From an uncultured Candidatus Binatia bacterium (GTDB taxonomy: Bacteria; Desulfobacterota; Binatia; UBA9968; JAJDTQ01), in the NCBI GenBank assembly GCA_965215605.1, contig OZ244070.1, forward strand, positions 3,584,001-3,648,000: 64,000 nt of DNA, read 5' to 3'. Below are positions 19,182-29,552 of the stretch, in pieces. Position 1 is the stretch's first letter, and each line of letters starts with the position of its first letter. The notes under the pieces were generated by a model. The model searched no databases, had not been told where the DNA came from, and worked only from the letters and a program-made list of their open reading frames with translations. The position numbers were made by a program, and so were the translations under genes.

Positions 19182-20258
19182 TTGATCCGCAGAGAATCGG
19201 TAGATGCCCTCCGAAAAAAGATCGACCGAGTTGATTCCAGGATCGTAGCGCTCCTCAACGAGAGAGCCTCCCTTGCCCTGAAGATCGGAAGTCAGAAGAA
19301 CCGCACGGGAAGGCCCGTCTACGTCGCCAGCCGCGAGCGGGAGATTTACCGGCAGGTATCCGACGCCAACACGGGGCCGTTGCCGGCCTCGTCGATTCGC
19401 GCCGTGTTCAGGGAGGTCCTGTCCGCCTGCCGCGGCATCGAGACGCGGATGAAGGTGGCGTTCTTCGGCCCCGAGGCGACCTTTACCCACATGGCCGCGC
19501 AGCGACACTTCGGCGGCGCGGTCCGCTACTCTCCCGAGCGCACCATCAACGATGTCTTCCGGGAGGTAGGCGCGGGCAACGCCGACTATGGCGTGGTGCC
19601 CATCGAGAACTCCACCGAAGGGGTGGTGACACACACCCTGGATCTGCTGCAGGAGTCGAACGTTCAGATCTGTGGCGAGGTCAGCGTCGACATCGAGCTT
19701 TGCCTGCTGTCCCGGTCGGGCCGGACGAAGGACGTACGCCGTATCCTTTCCCATTCGCATGCCCTGGGCCAATGCCGCCGCTGGCTGGCCGCCCACTTTC
19801 CCGGCGCCGCCGTCGAAGAGGTGTCGAGCACGGCGCAGGCGGCCAGGGAGGCGCGCACGGACCGGGAGGTGGCGGCGGTGTCCAGTCGTCTGGCGGCCGA
19901 GGTCTATGGGATCAAGATCGTCCAGGCCAACATCGCCGACAATCACGACAACATCACCCGGTTCTTCGTCATCGGAGACGATCCGCCGTCACCGACCGGA
20001 GAGGACAAGACCAGCATCGCGTTCGCGGCCAAGGATCGCGTGGGCGTGCTTCACGACATGCTGGCGCCGTTCGCCAAACACAACATCAACCTCACCAAGA
20101 TCGAGTCGCGCCCCTCGCGCCAGAAGGCGTGGGAATACGTTTTCTTCATCGATTTCAAGGGCCACCAACAAGAACCTCGGGTCAAGCGCGCCCTGGACCA
20201 GCTCTCCGACAGTTGCGTTTTCCTGAGGATCCTCGGCTCCTATCCCAGCAGCCTATGA
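19182..20258 (+). CDS. pheA: Chorismate mutase/prephenate dehydratase (P-protein)
   Basis: LRKKIDRVD CM domain; GPEATFT, PIENSTEG, NITRFFVIG, INLTKIESRPS; TTG start uncertain. Confidence 0.93.
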   Translation: MIRRESVDALRKKIDRVDSRIVALLNERASLALKIGSQKNRTGRPVYVASREREIYRQVSDANTGPLPASSIRAVFREVLSACRGIETRMKVAFFGPEATFTHMAAQRHFGGAVRYSPERTINDVFREVGAGNADYGVVPIENSTEGVVTHTLDLLQESNVQICGEVSVDIELCLLSRSGRTKDVRRILSHSHALGQCRRWLAAHFPGAAVEEVSSTAQAAREARTDREVAAVSSRLAAEVYGIKIVQANIADNHDNITRFFVIGDDPPSPTGEDKTSIAFAAKDRVGVLHDMLAPFAKHNINLTKIESRPSRQKAWEYVFFIDFKGHQQEPRVKRALDQLSDSCVFLRILGSYPSSL

Positions 20259-21358
20259 GCATTGTCGAAAAGGTTCCGGACTACATCCGCCGCATCGTGC
20301 CGTACGTGCCCGGCAAGCCCATCGACGAGGTGGAGCGGGAATACGGCATTCGGGGGTCGGCCAAGCTGGCGTCCAACGAGAACTCCCTGGGTCCGTCCCC
20401 CAAGGCAGTGGCCGCGTTGCGGGAGCGGCTGGAGGAGCTGCATCTCTATCCGGACGGCGGCTGCTTCCATCTCCGGCATGGGTTGGCCGCCAGGCTCGGA
20501 GTCGAGCCCGAGCGGCTGATCTTCGGCAACGGCTCGAACGAGTTGATCGAGCTGGCGGTGCGGACTTTCCTGCGCCCGGGAGACGAAGCCCTGATCTCCC
20601 AGGGCTCCTTCGTGGCCTACGGCCTTGCGCTGGATGCCATGGGAGCGGCGGTCCGCAAGGTGCCGCTGAAGGATTACGGCTACGACCTGGAAGCCATGGC
20701 CCGGGCGCTGACGCCCAGGACCCGCCTGGTCTTCCTGGCCAACCCCAACAACCCCACGGGCACCATCTACCGGCGGCCGGAGTGGGAGGAGTTCCTCGAA
20801 CGGGTGGGTCCCGAGGCGCTGGTGGTGGCGGACGAGGCCTACTTCGAGTACGCCACCGACCCGGACTATCCCGACTCCCTCGACGACCGCCGGGAGGACC
20901 GGACGGTGCTGACCATCAGGACCTTCTCCAAGGTCTACGGTCTCGCGGGTCTCCGCATCGGTTACGGCATCGCCCCAGCCGAGGTCGTGGCGATGATGAA
21001 TCAGGTGCGGGAACCCTTCAACGTCAACGCCGCGGCCCAGTGGGCGGCGGCGGCGGCGGTGGAAGACGCCGAGCACCTCCACCGGAGCCTGGATCTCAAC
21101 CGCGAGGGTCTGGCTCTCCTGACGGAGGGTCTGACGGGACTCGGGGTCCAGTGGGTCCCGAGCCAGGCCAATTTCATCCTGGTGCAAACGGGCCGGGCCG
21201 GCCATGTCTTCGAGGAGCTGATGCGCCGGGGAGTCATCGTGCGGCCGGTGGGCCCGGAATTTCCCGACCACGTGCGGGTGACCGTGGGGACTCCGGACGA
21301 GAACCGCAAGTTCCTGGAGGGCCTCTCGAGGATCCTCGAAGGAGGCGTGAGCGGCTGA
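20255..21358 (+). CDS. hisC: Histidinol-phosphate aminotransferase
   Basis: KLASNEN, GNGSNE, NPNNPTG, DEAY, RTFSKVYGLAGLRIG. Confidence 0.95.
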   Translation: MSIVEKVPDYIRRIVPYVPGKPIDEVEREYGIRGSAKLASNENSLGPSPKAVAALRERLEELHLYPDGGCFHLRHGLAARLGVEPERLIFGNGSNELIELAVRTFLRPGDEALISQGSFVAYGLALDAMGAAVRKVPLKDYGYDLEAMARALTPRTRLVFLANPNNPTGTIYRRPEWEEFLERVGPEALVVADEAYFEYATDPDYPDSLDDRREDRTVLTIRTFSKVYGLAGLRIGYGIAPAEVVAMMNQVREPFNVNAAAQWAAAAAVEDAEHLHRSLDLNREGLALLTEGLTGLGVQWVPSQANFILVQTGRAGHVFEELMRRGVIVRPVGPEFPDHVRVTVGTPDENRKFLEGLSRILEGGVSG

Positions 21359-22212
21359 TGTTCCGGACCATGGCAATCGCGGGCGTGGGGCTGATCGGCG
21401 GCTCCCTGGCGTTGGCTGCCAAGGAGCGCGGCTTGGTGGACCGGGTGGTGGGATACGGACGCAACGAGAAGACCCTGCGCCGCGCACGGAAACTCGGCAT
21501 CCTGGATGCCTATTTTCTCGGCCCCGAGGACTTTCCCGGCGAAACCGATTTGCTGGTCCTGGCGACGCCGGTCAGCGCCATCGCGCCGGTGACCCGATCG
21601 TTTCTGCCGCGCATCCACCCGGAATGCCTGATCACCGACGTAGGCAGCGTGAAACGCCGGGTGGTGGCGGACATGGAGCGTTTGCTGAAGGGCGGTCGCT
21701 CCTTCGTCGGAGCCCATCCCATTGCCGGCAGCGATCAATGGGGTCCCGACCCGGCGAGAGCGGACCTGTTCGTCGGCCGCCGCTGTATCCTCACGCCCAC
21801 CAGGAACACGGATCCCGGCGCGTTGAAGAAACTGCGGACATTCTGGCGGCGGGTCGGGGCCAAGGTGGAGTCGATGGACGTCCGGCTTCATGACCGGATT
21901 CTGGGCGTGGTGAGCCACTTGCCTCATGTCGCGGCGTACGCGTTGGTCAACGCCCTGGACCGCACCAAGGTGGATTCGCTGGATCTTGCCGAGTACTGCG
22001 GCGCGGGTTTCAGGGACACCACTCGCATTGCCGCCAGCCGTCCGGAACTCTGGCGGGACATTTGCCTGCTCAACCGGGAGGCGGTGCTCAAGGGGCTTGG
22101 GGAGTACGCTCGAGGGCTCGAGAGGATAGCGGATTGTATCCGCAGGGACGACGGTCCTGGCCTGGAGCGGGAATTCGAGCGGGCCTTGGCGACCCGGAAA
22201 AGGATGTCGTAG
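21358..22212 (+). CDS. tyrA: Prephenate/arogenate dehydrogenase
   Basis: GVGLIGGS, TDVGSVK, HPIAG, HD..VSHLPH, GFRDTTRIA. Confidence 0.93.
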   Translation: MFRTMAIAGVGLIGGSLALAAKERGLVDRVVGYGRNEKTLRRARKLGILDAYFLGPEDFPGETDLLVLATPVSAIAPVTRSFLPRIHPECLITDVGSVKRRVVADMERLLKGGRSFVGAHPIAGSDQWGPDPARADLFVGRRCILTPTRNTDPGALKKLRTFWRRVGAKVESMDVRLHDRILGVVSHLPHVAAYALVNALDRTKVDSLDLAEYCGAGFRDTTRIAASRPELWRDICLLNREAVLKGLGEYARGLERIADCIRRDDGPGLEREFERALATRKRMS

Positions 22213-22215
22213 GGA

Positions 22216-23496
22216 ATGAGCGTGAGGGTGGAACAGGCTTCGCGTCCCCTCAGGGGCGAACTGGAGGTGCCGGGGGACAAGTCCGTCGGGCACCGCGCCG
22301 TGATCATGGGATCGGTGGCCCGGGGCGAGACCCGTATCGCGAACATGTCCCGCGGAGCCGACAACTCCAGTACCGTGGCGGCCTTCCGGCGCATGGGCGT
22401 GGAGTTTCGGCGCGAGGCCGACACCCTGTGCATCGAAGGCAAGGGCTGGGACGGGCTGCAGGCGCCGGCGGAGACCGTCGACTGCGGGAATTCCGGCACC
22501 ACCATGCGCTTGCTGGCGGGGCTCCTGTCGGGCCGCCCCTTCGACGCCACGCTGGACGGGGACGGCTCACTCCGCACCCGGCCCATGAAACGGGTGATCG
22601 AGCCGTTGACGAGCATGGGCGCGCGGATCACCGGCAACGACGGCCGCGCGCCGCTGGAGATCCGCGGCCAGCCGCTCCACGGCATCGAATACGCCTCGCC
22701 GGTGGCCAGCGCGCAGGTCAAGTCGGCCGTGCTGCTGGCGGGTTTGCAGGCACGGGGAGAGACCCGGTTCGAGGAGCCGTACCGGTCGCGGGACCACACC
22801 GAGATCATGGCGCGGGGGTTCGGCGCCTCGGTGGAGAGCGCCGGCCGGGAGGTGGTGCTGAAGGGCGGGCAGGAGCTCCGGGGTACGCATCTGAGGGTGC
22901 CGGGCGATATTTCGTCGGCCGCTTTCCTGGCCGTGGCCGCGGCCGCCATGCCAGGGTCGGACGTGTCCATACTGCGCGTGGGCTTCAATCCCACGCGCAG
23001 CGGCGTGATCGAGGTGCTGCGGGCCATGGGCGCGGACATCGAGGTCACACGCGCATGGGAGGAGGCCGGCGAGCCGGTGGCGGACTTCCGGGTGAAGGGC
23101 GGCGAGCTGCGGGGGACGGAGGTCCCGCCCGAGCTGGCGCCCCGCACCATCGACGAGTATCCCGTGTTGTTCGTGGCGGCGGCGCTGGCCGGCGGGCCGA
23201 CCCTGTTTCGCGACGTCGGCGAGCTGCGCTTCAAGGAGTCCGACCGCATCGCCGCCATGAGACGGGAGCTCTCGAAGATGGGCGTGCGGATGGAAGTGAG
23301 CGGTGACGATGTTTCGCTCGGAGGCGGCGGGAAGCTCGAGGGCGCTTCGGTCGACAGTCATGACGACCATCGGGTGGCCATGGCGTTGGCGGTGGCCGGC
23401 CTGTCCGCCAGGGGCGGGGTCGTGCTTTCGAACGAGGAATGCGTCAAGGTTTCGTTTCCGGGCTTCTTCGAAAGTCTTGAAAAAATCCGTGGTTAA
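22216..23496 (+). CDS. aroA: EPSP synthase
   Basis: PGDKSVGHR, GNSGTTMRL, SAQVKSA, RDHTE, KESDRI, DHRVAM. Confidence 0.97.
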   Translation: MSVRVEQASRPLRGELEVPGDKSVGHRAVIMGSVARGETRIANMSRGADNSSTVAAFRRMGVEFRREADTLCIEGKGWDGLQAPAETVDCGNSGTTMRLLAGLLSGRPFDATLDGDGSLRTRPMKRVIEPLTSMGARITGNDGRAPLEIRGQPLHGIEYASPVASAQVKSAVLLAGLQARGETRFEEPYRSRDHTEIMARGFGASVESAGREVVLKGGQELRGTHLRVPGDISSAAFLAVAAAAMPGSDVSILRVGFNPTRSGVIEVLRAMGADIEVTRAWEEAGEPVADFRVKGGELRGTEVPPELAPRTIDEYPVLFVAAALAGGPTLFRDVGELRFKESDRIAAMRRELSKMGVRMEVSGDDVSLGGGGKLEGASVDSHDDHRVAMALAVAGLSARGGVVLSNEECVKVSFPGFFESLEKIRG

Positions 23497-23551
23497 CGAA
23501 CCGGCGGGTTCGGATGCCGGTTGTGCCGGATGCGAAGTGAGGATAGGATAG

Positions 23552-24235
23552 TTGATCGTGGCCATTGACGGCCCGGCGGGCGCGGGCAAGAGCACAGTCG
23601 CCAAGGCCGTGGCGAAGCGTCTGGGATACCGCTATATGGACACCGGCGCCATGTACCGGGCGCTGGCCTGGAAGGTCATGCGCCAGGGCGCCGACCCCGG
23701 CGACGAGCGCGCCTTGGGAAGGATCCTCGAGAGCACGGAGGTGGACCTGGGGGCCGATGCCGCCTCTCCGTCGGTGATGCTGGACGGCGCGGACGTGAGC
23801 GGGGCGATTCGCACGGCGGAGGTCGGACAGATGGCGTCGCGGGTTTCCGGAATGGGCGTCGTCAGGCGCCGGATGGCGGACCTCCAGCGCACCATGGGCC
23901 GTAGCGGTTGCATCGTGGCCGAAGGGCGCGACATGGGGACGGTGGTCTTCCCCGACGCCGACGTGAAGATCTATCTCGATGCTTCACCCGAGACGCGGGC
24001 GCGGCGGCGGTTCGAGGAACTGACCGGCCGAGAACCGGCGCTGACCCTGGAGGAGACCCTGGCCGACGTCATGCGTCGCGACCGGCGGGACAAGGAGCGC
24101 GCGGTGGCGCCGTTGCGACAGGCGGACGACGCGCTGCGGATCGATTCGACGACATTGTCGGCGGCGGCGGTGGTGGACAGGATACTGCGGGAAATCAATT
24201 CGAAATCAAATGAGGATGGGAGAACTGTTTCATGA
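23552..24235 (+). CDS. cmk: Cytidylate kinase
   Basis: AIDGPAGAGKST, DTGAMYR, EGRDMGTVVFPDA. Confidence 0.97.
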   Translation: MIVAIDGPAGAGKSTVAKAVAKRLGYRYMDTGAMYRALAWKVMRQGADPGDERALGRILESTEVDLGADAASPSVMLDGADVSGAIRTAEVGQMASRVSGMGVVRRRMADLQRTMGRSGCIVAEGRDMGTVVFPDADVKIYLDASPETRARRRFEELTGREPALTLEETLADVMRRDRRDKERAVAPLRQADDALRIDSTTLSAAAVVDRILREINSKSNEDGRTVS

Positions 24236-25992
24236 CGGAAGGCGAGGCTAACAAGGACCAGGAAACTTCGATTGCCGAGGACGACTTCGAATCCATGTTC
24301 GAGGAAAGTCTGCAGGCCGTACAGCCGGGCGGTGTGGTCACCGGCAAGGTAGTCGATATCAACCCCACTCACGTGGTGGTGGACGTGGGCTACAAGACCG
24401 AGGGCCGTATCTCGGTGCAGGAGTTCCAGGAACGCGACGGAACCCTGCAGGTGAACGTCGGCGACGACCTGGACGTCTTCTTCGAATCCCCCGAGGGGGA
24501 CCGCGGGGAGATCGTGCTCTCCCGCCAGAAGGCGGAGAGCATCAAGGTCTGGGACCGGATCGAGCAGGCCTACGAGCAGGTGACGCCCATCGAAGGGATC
24601 ATCGTCGCGAGGGTCAAGGGCGGATTCAAGGTGGACGTGGGCGTGGACGGGTTTCTTCCCGGCTCGCACGTGGACATCCGGCCGACCCGGAACCTCGACC
24701 AGTTCGTGGGCAAGCGCGACCGCTTCACGATCCTCAAGTACAACAGGATGCGCGACAACGTCGTGGTGTCCCGCAAGGTGCTGCTCGAGAAGGAACGGGA
24801 AGTGCTCAAGAAGGAGACCCTCGCCGTGCTCGACGAGGGGGTGATCCTGGAAGGCATCGTCAAGAACATCACGGATTACGGCGCCTTCGTGGACGTGGGC
24901 GGTATCGACGGCATCCTGCACATCACCGACATGTCCTGGGGACGCGTGAACCACCCGAGCGACCTGCTGAGCATCGGCGAGACCATCCGGGTGGTGGTGC
25001 TCAAGTTCGACAAGGAACGGGAACGGATCTCGCTGGGCATGAAGCAGATCACCCCGGATCCTTGGGAATCGGTCACCGATGGGTACCCCGTCGACTCCAG
25101 GATTACCGGCAAGGTCGTGGGCCTTACGGACTACGGCGCATTCGTGGAGTTGGAGAAAGGGGTCGAGGGGCTGATCCATGTGTCGGAGATGTCGTGGGCG
25201 AAGAAGCTGTCGCATCCCTCGAAGGTGGTCCAGGTGGGCGAGACCGTGGAAGCCATGGTCCTGAACGTGGACCCCGGGCGCCGGCGCATCTCGCTGGGGC
25301 TGCGTCAGGTGCTGCCGAACCCGTGGTTCCTGGCCAAGGAGAAATACCCCGAGGGCAGCATCGTCAAGGGGCCGGTGCGCAACATCACCGATTTCGGCGT
25401 GTTCGTCGGCGTCGAGGAGGGCATCGACGGTTTGATCCACATCTCCGATCTGGACTGGACCAAGAAGATCAAGCACCCCTCGGAGCTGTACAAGAAGGGT
25501 GACATCGTCGAGGCCAAGGTGCTCGGAGTCGATCCGCAGGTGGAGCGGTTCTCGCTGGGAGTGAAGCAATTGGGCATGGATCCGTGGGAACGCGTGGTCC
25601 AGGAGAACCCTGCGGGCTCCCGCATCACGGGCGAGATCGTCAGGGTGCTGGACTTCGGCGTCTTCGTGCGCGTGGCCGAATCCGTGGAGGGTTTGATCCA
25701 CGTATCCCAACTGAGCACGGAGCACGTGGACAAACCGTCGAGTCTCTACCAGGTAGGCGATGTCGTCGAGGCGGAGGTGGTCAACGTCGACCTCCAGGAA
25801 CGGAAGATCGGGCTGAGCATCCGCGCCCTGAAGCGGTCGGAAGAGAGAGAAGAGCTGGAGACGTACTTGAAGCGGGAGAAGGAGGCGGGACGGTTTTCGT
25901 TCGAGACCATCCTGAACGAGGAGTTGAAGCTGGACCGGGAGGGTGGTCGGTCCGAGACGACGACGGAAGACGGCGACAAGGATACGGAGTAG
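24232..25992 (+). CDS. rpsA: 30S ribosomal protein S1
   Basis: Six S1 repeats (e.g. TDYGAFV..GLIHVSE); follows cmk. Confidence 0.97.
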   Translation: MTEGEANKDQETSIAEDDFESMFEESLQAVQPGGVVTGKVVDINPTHVVVDVGYKTEGRISVQEFQERDGTLQVNVGDDLDVFFESPEGDRGEIVLSRQKAESIKVWDRIEQAYEQVTPIEGIIVARVKGGFKVDVGVDGFLPGSHVDIRPTRNLDQFVGKRDRFTILKYNRMRDNVVVSRKVLLEKEREVLKKETLAVLDEGVILEGIVKNITDYGAFVDVGGIDGILHITDMSWGRVNHPSDLLSIGETIRVVVLKFDKERERISLGMKQITPDPWESVTDGYPVDSRITGKVVGLTDYGAFVELEKGVEGLIHVSEMSWAKKLSHPSKVVQVGETVEAMVLNVDPGRRRISLGLRQVLPNPWFLAKEKYPEGSIVKGPVRNITDFGVFVGVEEGIDGLIHISDLDWTKKIKHPSELYKKGDIVEAKVLGVDPQVERFSLGVKQLGMDPWERVVQENPAGSRITGEIVRVLDFGVFVRVAESVEGLIHVSQLSTEHVDKPSSLYQVGDVVEAEVVNVDLQERKIGLSIRALKRSEEREELETYLKREKEAGRFSFETILNEELKLDREGGRSETTTEDGDKDTE

Positions 25993-26023
25993 CGCCGCCG
26001 GAGATGACTTTCGGGGAACTTGC

Positions 26024-26326
26024 ATGACAAAGCGAGACCTGATCGAAGAAATCAACGAACGGTATCCCCACCTGTCGCGTTTCGATGCGGAGGTGATCGT
26101 CAACTCTGTTTTCGACTCGTTGATCGCCGCTTTGCAGCGTGAGGAACGGATCGAGATCCGGGGCTTCGGCAGTTTCGTGGTCAAGCACCGCAGGGCCCGG
26201 GACGGGCGCAATCCCAAGACCGGCGAAATCGTATCCGTGTCTTCCAAGAGGGTTCCGTTTTTCAAGGTCGGCAAGGAACTCCGCCTGCGCGTCAACCAGA
26301 GCCCAGCTGCCGAGGACGGCTGTTAG
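26024..26326 (+). CDS. ihfB: Integration host factor beta subunit
   Basis: MTKRDLI, RIEIRGFGSF, GRNPKTGE, PFFKVGKELR; follows rpsA. Confidence 0.92.
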   Translation: MTKRDLIEEINERYPHLSRFDAEVIVNSVFDSLIAALQREERIEIRGFGSFVVKHRRARDGRNPKTGEIVSVSSKRVPFFKVGKELRLRVNQSPAAEDGC

Positions 26327-26337
26327 GAGGAACAGGA

Positions 26338-27735
26338 GTGGAATCCATCAATACCCTGGACGAATTGAAACGTAGCGGCATTGCCGTGCGATCCGTGCGC
26401 GACGAGATGCGCAACAACCTCATGAATCTTCTCAAGTCCGGGGACCGGATGCTTCCGGGAATCGTGGGCTACGACGAGACCGTGATTCCGGAGATCGAGA
26501 ACGCGATCCTGTCGGGCCACCACATGGTCTTTCTGGGGGAGCGGGGACAGGCCAAGTCGCGCATCATCCGCGGCCTCACCATGCTGCTGGACGAAACGGT
26601 CCCGAAGGTGAAGGGCTGCGAGATCAACTGCGATCCCTTCAACGTCATCTGCACCACGTGCCGGCGCAAGCTGGCCGAGAAAGGCGACCAACTGGAGATT
26701 GAGTGGATCGGCCGGGAGCATCGCTACGGCGAGAAGCTGGCCACGCCGGATGTTTCCATCGCGGACCTCATCGGCGAGATCGACCCCATCAAGGTCGCGG
26801 AAGGACGCTACCTCGCGGACGAGGAGACGATACACTACGGTCTGGTCCCACGCACGAACCGCGGCGTCTTCGCCGTCAACGAGCTGCCGGACCTCACCGA
26901 GAAGGTGCAGGTGGGACTCTTCAACCTCATGGAGGAGAAGGACGTCCAGATCAAGGGATACAAGATCCGTCTGCCCCTGGACGTGGTCATCGTGGCCAGC
27001 GCGAACCCGGAAGACTACACCAGCCGGGGCCGCATCATCACGCCCCTCAAGGACCGCTTCGACGTTCAGATCAGGACCCACTATCCGCGCGACGTCGAGC
27101 ACGAGATCGACATCATGGAGCAGGAGTCGGCTCCCATCGACGAGCGCAGCCAAACGGTGATGATTCCCGACTTCATGAAGGAGGTGCTGGGCCACCTGAC
27201 CTTCGAGGCGCGCAACTCAAGCGAGATCAACCAGTCCTCCGGGGTCAGCGTCCGCATCAGCATCAACAACTACGAGAGCATGATCAGCAATGCCGAGAAA
27301 CGCGCGCTACGGGTCGGCGAGACCGCCATCGTGCCGCGAGTCAGCGACCTCCACGCCGTCCTCCCGTCCACCTGCGGAAAGATCGAGGTGGAGTACGTGG
27401 GCGAGGAGAAGAACGAGGAGGAGCTCATCGAGCGGCTGTTGAACAAGGCGATCCTCAAGACCTTCGACAGCCGCTTCGACCTGAACGGGCTGCAAAGCGT
27501 CATCGAGTACTTCAACTCGGGCTGGGGGGTGGAGGTGTCCGACGAGATGCGCTCGGAGGATTACCTCGAAGGCATCAAGGAGATCCCGGGGTTGGGTGAA
27601 GCCATCCGGTCCCTGGGGGATGTCGACTCGCCGGAGTTCCTGGCTTCGGCCACGGAATTGGTGCTGGAAGGCCTGCACCTGCACCAGAAGCTCAACAAGG
27701 AAGCCGAAGGGGGCCGAGTGACCTACGGAAAGTGA
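26338..27735 (+). CDS. Mg-chelatase-related AAA+ ATPase
   Basis: GERGQAKS Walker A, FAVNELPDL, ASANPEDYT, PLKDRF. Confidence 0.85.
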   Translation: MESINTLDELKRSGIAVRSVRDEMRNNLMNLLKSGDRMLPGIVGYDETVIPEIENAILSGHHMVFLGERGQAKSRIIRGLTMLLDETVPKVKGCEINCDPFNVICTTCRRKLAEKGDQLEIEWIGREHRYGEKLATPDVSIADLIGEIDPIKVAEGRYLADEETIHYGLVPRTNRGVFAVNELPDLTEKVQVGLFNLMEEKDVQIKGYKIRLPLDVVIVASANPEDYTSRGRIITPLKDRFDVQIRTHYPRDVEHEIDIMEQESAPIDERSQTVMIPDFMKEVLGHLTFEARNSSEINQSSGVSVRISINNYESMISNAEKRALRVGETAIVPRVSDLHAVLPSTCGKIEVEYVGEEKNEEELIERLLNKAILKTFDSRFDLNGLQSVIEYFNSGWGVEVSDEMRSEDYLEGIKEIPGLGEAIRSLGDVDSPEFLASATELVLEGLHLHQKLNKEAEGGRVTYGK

Positions 27736-27808
27736 TCGCGCGCTTGTGCGCGGCCACCCGCCCGTGGACAGCACCGTCTTGCGCGGCGCGCACCGCGGTT
27801 GACCCGTT

Positions 27809-29401
27809 ATGATCCACGCACGCTACAGTCGCTGGCACGGAGGCCAGGAGCGGTCCATCAGCTCCGACGACGTCTTCGACCAGCTCAACGAGCACCTTGA
27901 CGAGACCGGCGATCTGCAACAGTCCATGCGCCGCCTGATGCAGCGCGGCATGGGCGAAGAGGACGATCACGTCAACGGTCTCGACGACCTGCTGTCACGG
28001 GTGGCCCGCGAGAAGCGGCGGATGTACGAGCAGTACCAGATCCGTTCCGCGCTGGACGAGATCCAGGAGAAACTGCAGGACATCGTCGCCGACGAACGCG
28101 AGACCCTCCAGCAGAAACCGGACCGGGCCGAGGCCGAGAAGAAGGACGAGTTCCTGCAGCACCTGCCGCCCAAGCTGAGCGACGCCATCGAGCGGCTGGC
28201 GGGCTACAATTTCGAGAACCTCGAGGCGAAGAAGGATTTCGAGGAGATCCTGTCCCAACTGGACAAGATCCGCCGTCTGGAAAACTACATTCGACGTGAA
28301 GGAAACCTCTTCAGGGGTCAGGAATCGTTGAACTTCGAGGAAGCCTCGGAGCTCCAGGAGCGCATGGAGGGCCTCCAGAAGCTGGAGGGCCAACTGTCCA
28401 GCAGCCAGCCCAAGGACGTGGACATGGACCTCCTGAACAGCCTTCTCGGCGCCCAGGCTCAGGAGGACTACGAAGGGGTCATGCGGCTGGAGTCGTCCCT
28501 GGAGGACGGCGGATACGTGGTGGACAAGGGCGACCACTTCGAGCTGACGCCCCGCGGGGTCCGGCGCATCGGCCAGATCGCCTTGAGGGACATCTACAAG
28601 CAACTGAGCCGCGACGCCGCCGGGCGCCACCAGATCGCCCGCCACGGCTCCCAGGAGATGGTTCCCGAGAGCAGCAAACCCTATGTCTCGGGCGACGCCT
28701 TGAACCTGAACCTCAACGAGACCCTGAGGAGCGCCCTGCGCCGCAACGCGACCCTGCCGCTCAACCTGGATCCCCGGGACTTCATGGTCTTCGACTCCCA
28801 GTACTCCACCCGGGCGGCCACCGTGCTGTTGCTGGACATGAGCTGGTCCATGAGCTGGGACGGCCGCTTCGCAGCAGCCAAGAAGGTGGCCCTGGCCATG
28901 GAGTCGCTGTGCCGCGCCAAGTACCCCCAGGATTATTTCGGCATCGTCGGCTTCTTCACCCGCGCCGTGGAGTTGAAGGCCAAGGACTTGCCGGAAGCCA
29001 CCTGGAACATGGGCGACCCCTTCACCAACCTTCAGGACGGGCTCCATCTCGCCATCGACCTGCTGAAGAAGCGAAGCTCCACCCGGAACCAGCAGATCAT
29101 CGTGATCACCGACGGCCAGCCCACCGCCTATTGCCGCCAGGGGCGTCTGTATTGCGAATGGCCCCTGAGCTTCGGCGGCATCAGCCAGCGCGCGGCCGAA
29201 GAGACGCTCAAGGAAGCCAAACGGGTCACCCAGCGCGGCATCACCATCAACACCTTCATGCTCGACGACAGCCCGGTGCTCAAGGGCTTCGTCGACGAGA
29301 TGACCCGCCTCAACAAGGGCCGCGCCTTCTATACCCGCCCCGATCGCCTGGGACAGTATCTGCTCGTAGACTACCTGCTGGGCCAGCGTCGCAAGGTCTA
29401 G
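27809..29401 (+). CDS. VWA domain protein (partner of the AAA+ ATPase)
   Basis: ARYSRW N-terminus, MIDAS DMSWSM, TNLQ, IVITDGQPTA. Confidence 0.85.
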   Translation: MIHARYSRWHGGQERSISSDDVFDQLNEHLDETGDLQQSMRRLMQRGMGEEDDHVNGLDDLLSRVAREKRRMYEQYQIRSALDEIQEKLQDIVADERETLQQKPDRAEAEKKDEFLQHLPPKLSDAIERLAGYNFENLEAKKDFEEILSQLDKIRRLENYIRREGNLFRGQESLNFEEASELQERMEGLQKLEGQLSSSQPKDVDMDLLNSLLGAQAQEDYEGVMRLESSLEDGGYVVDKGDHFELTPRGVRRIGQIALRDIYKQLSRDAAGRHQIARHGSQEMVPESSKPYVSGDALNLNLNETLRSALRRNATLPLNLDPRDFMVFDSQYSTRAATVLLLDMSWSMSWDGRFAAAKKVALAMESLCRAKYPQDYFGIVGFFTRAVELKAKDLPEATWNMGDPFTNLQDGLHLAIDLLKKRSSTRNQQIIVITDGQPTAYCRQGRLYCEWPLSFGGISQRAAEETLKEAKRVTQRGITINTFMLDDSPVLKGFVDEMTRLNKGRAFYTRPDRLGQYLLVDYLLGQRRKV

Positions 29402-29459
29402 CACCGGGAATCCTGCGCAACCTGTCGCAGGAATTTACGGGATACGACACTGGTCAACG

Positions 29460-29493
29460 CATAGCTTGTAGGCAATATAGGCTGTATGCTATA
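29460..29493. promoter_or_regulatory. Tandem palindromic operator candidates (TATAG-N8-CTATA type)
   Basis: CATAG-cttgtagg-CAATA (29460-77) and TATAG-gctgtatg-CTATA (29476-93) in an AT-rich gap upstream of an XRE gene. Confidence 0.45.
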
Positions 29494-29552
29494 CAGTCGT
29501 ATGAACTGATTCGTCACGCCTGCCGATACGTTGAAGGAAGAAGGATGGGACG

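Noticed and set aside
29482-29496. LexA box upstream of mutS
   Set aside because: CTGT-N7-ACAG has a 7-nt spacer rather than 8; better explained by the TA-type palindromes.
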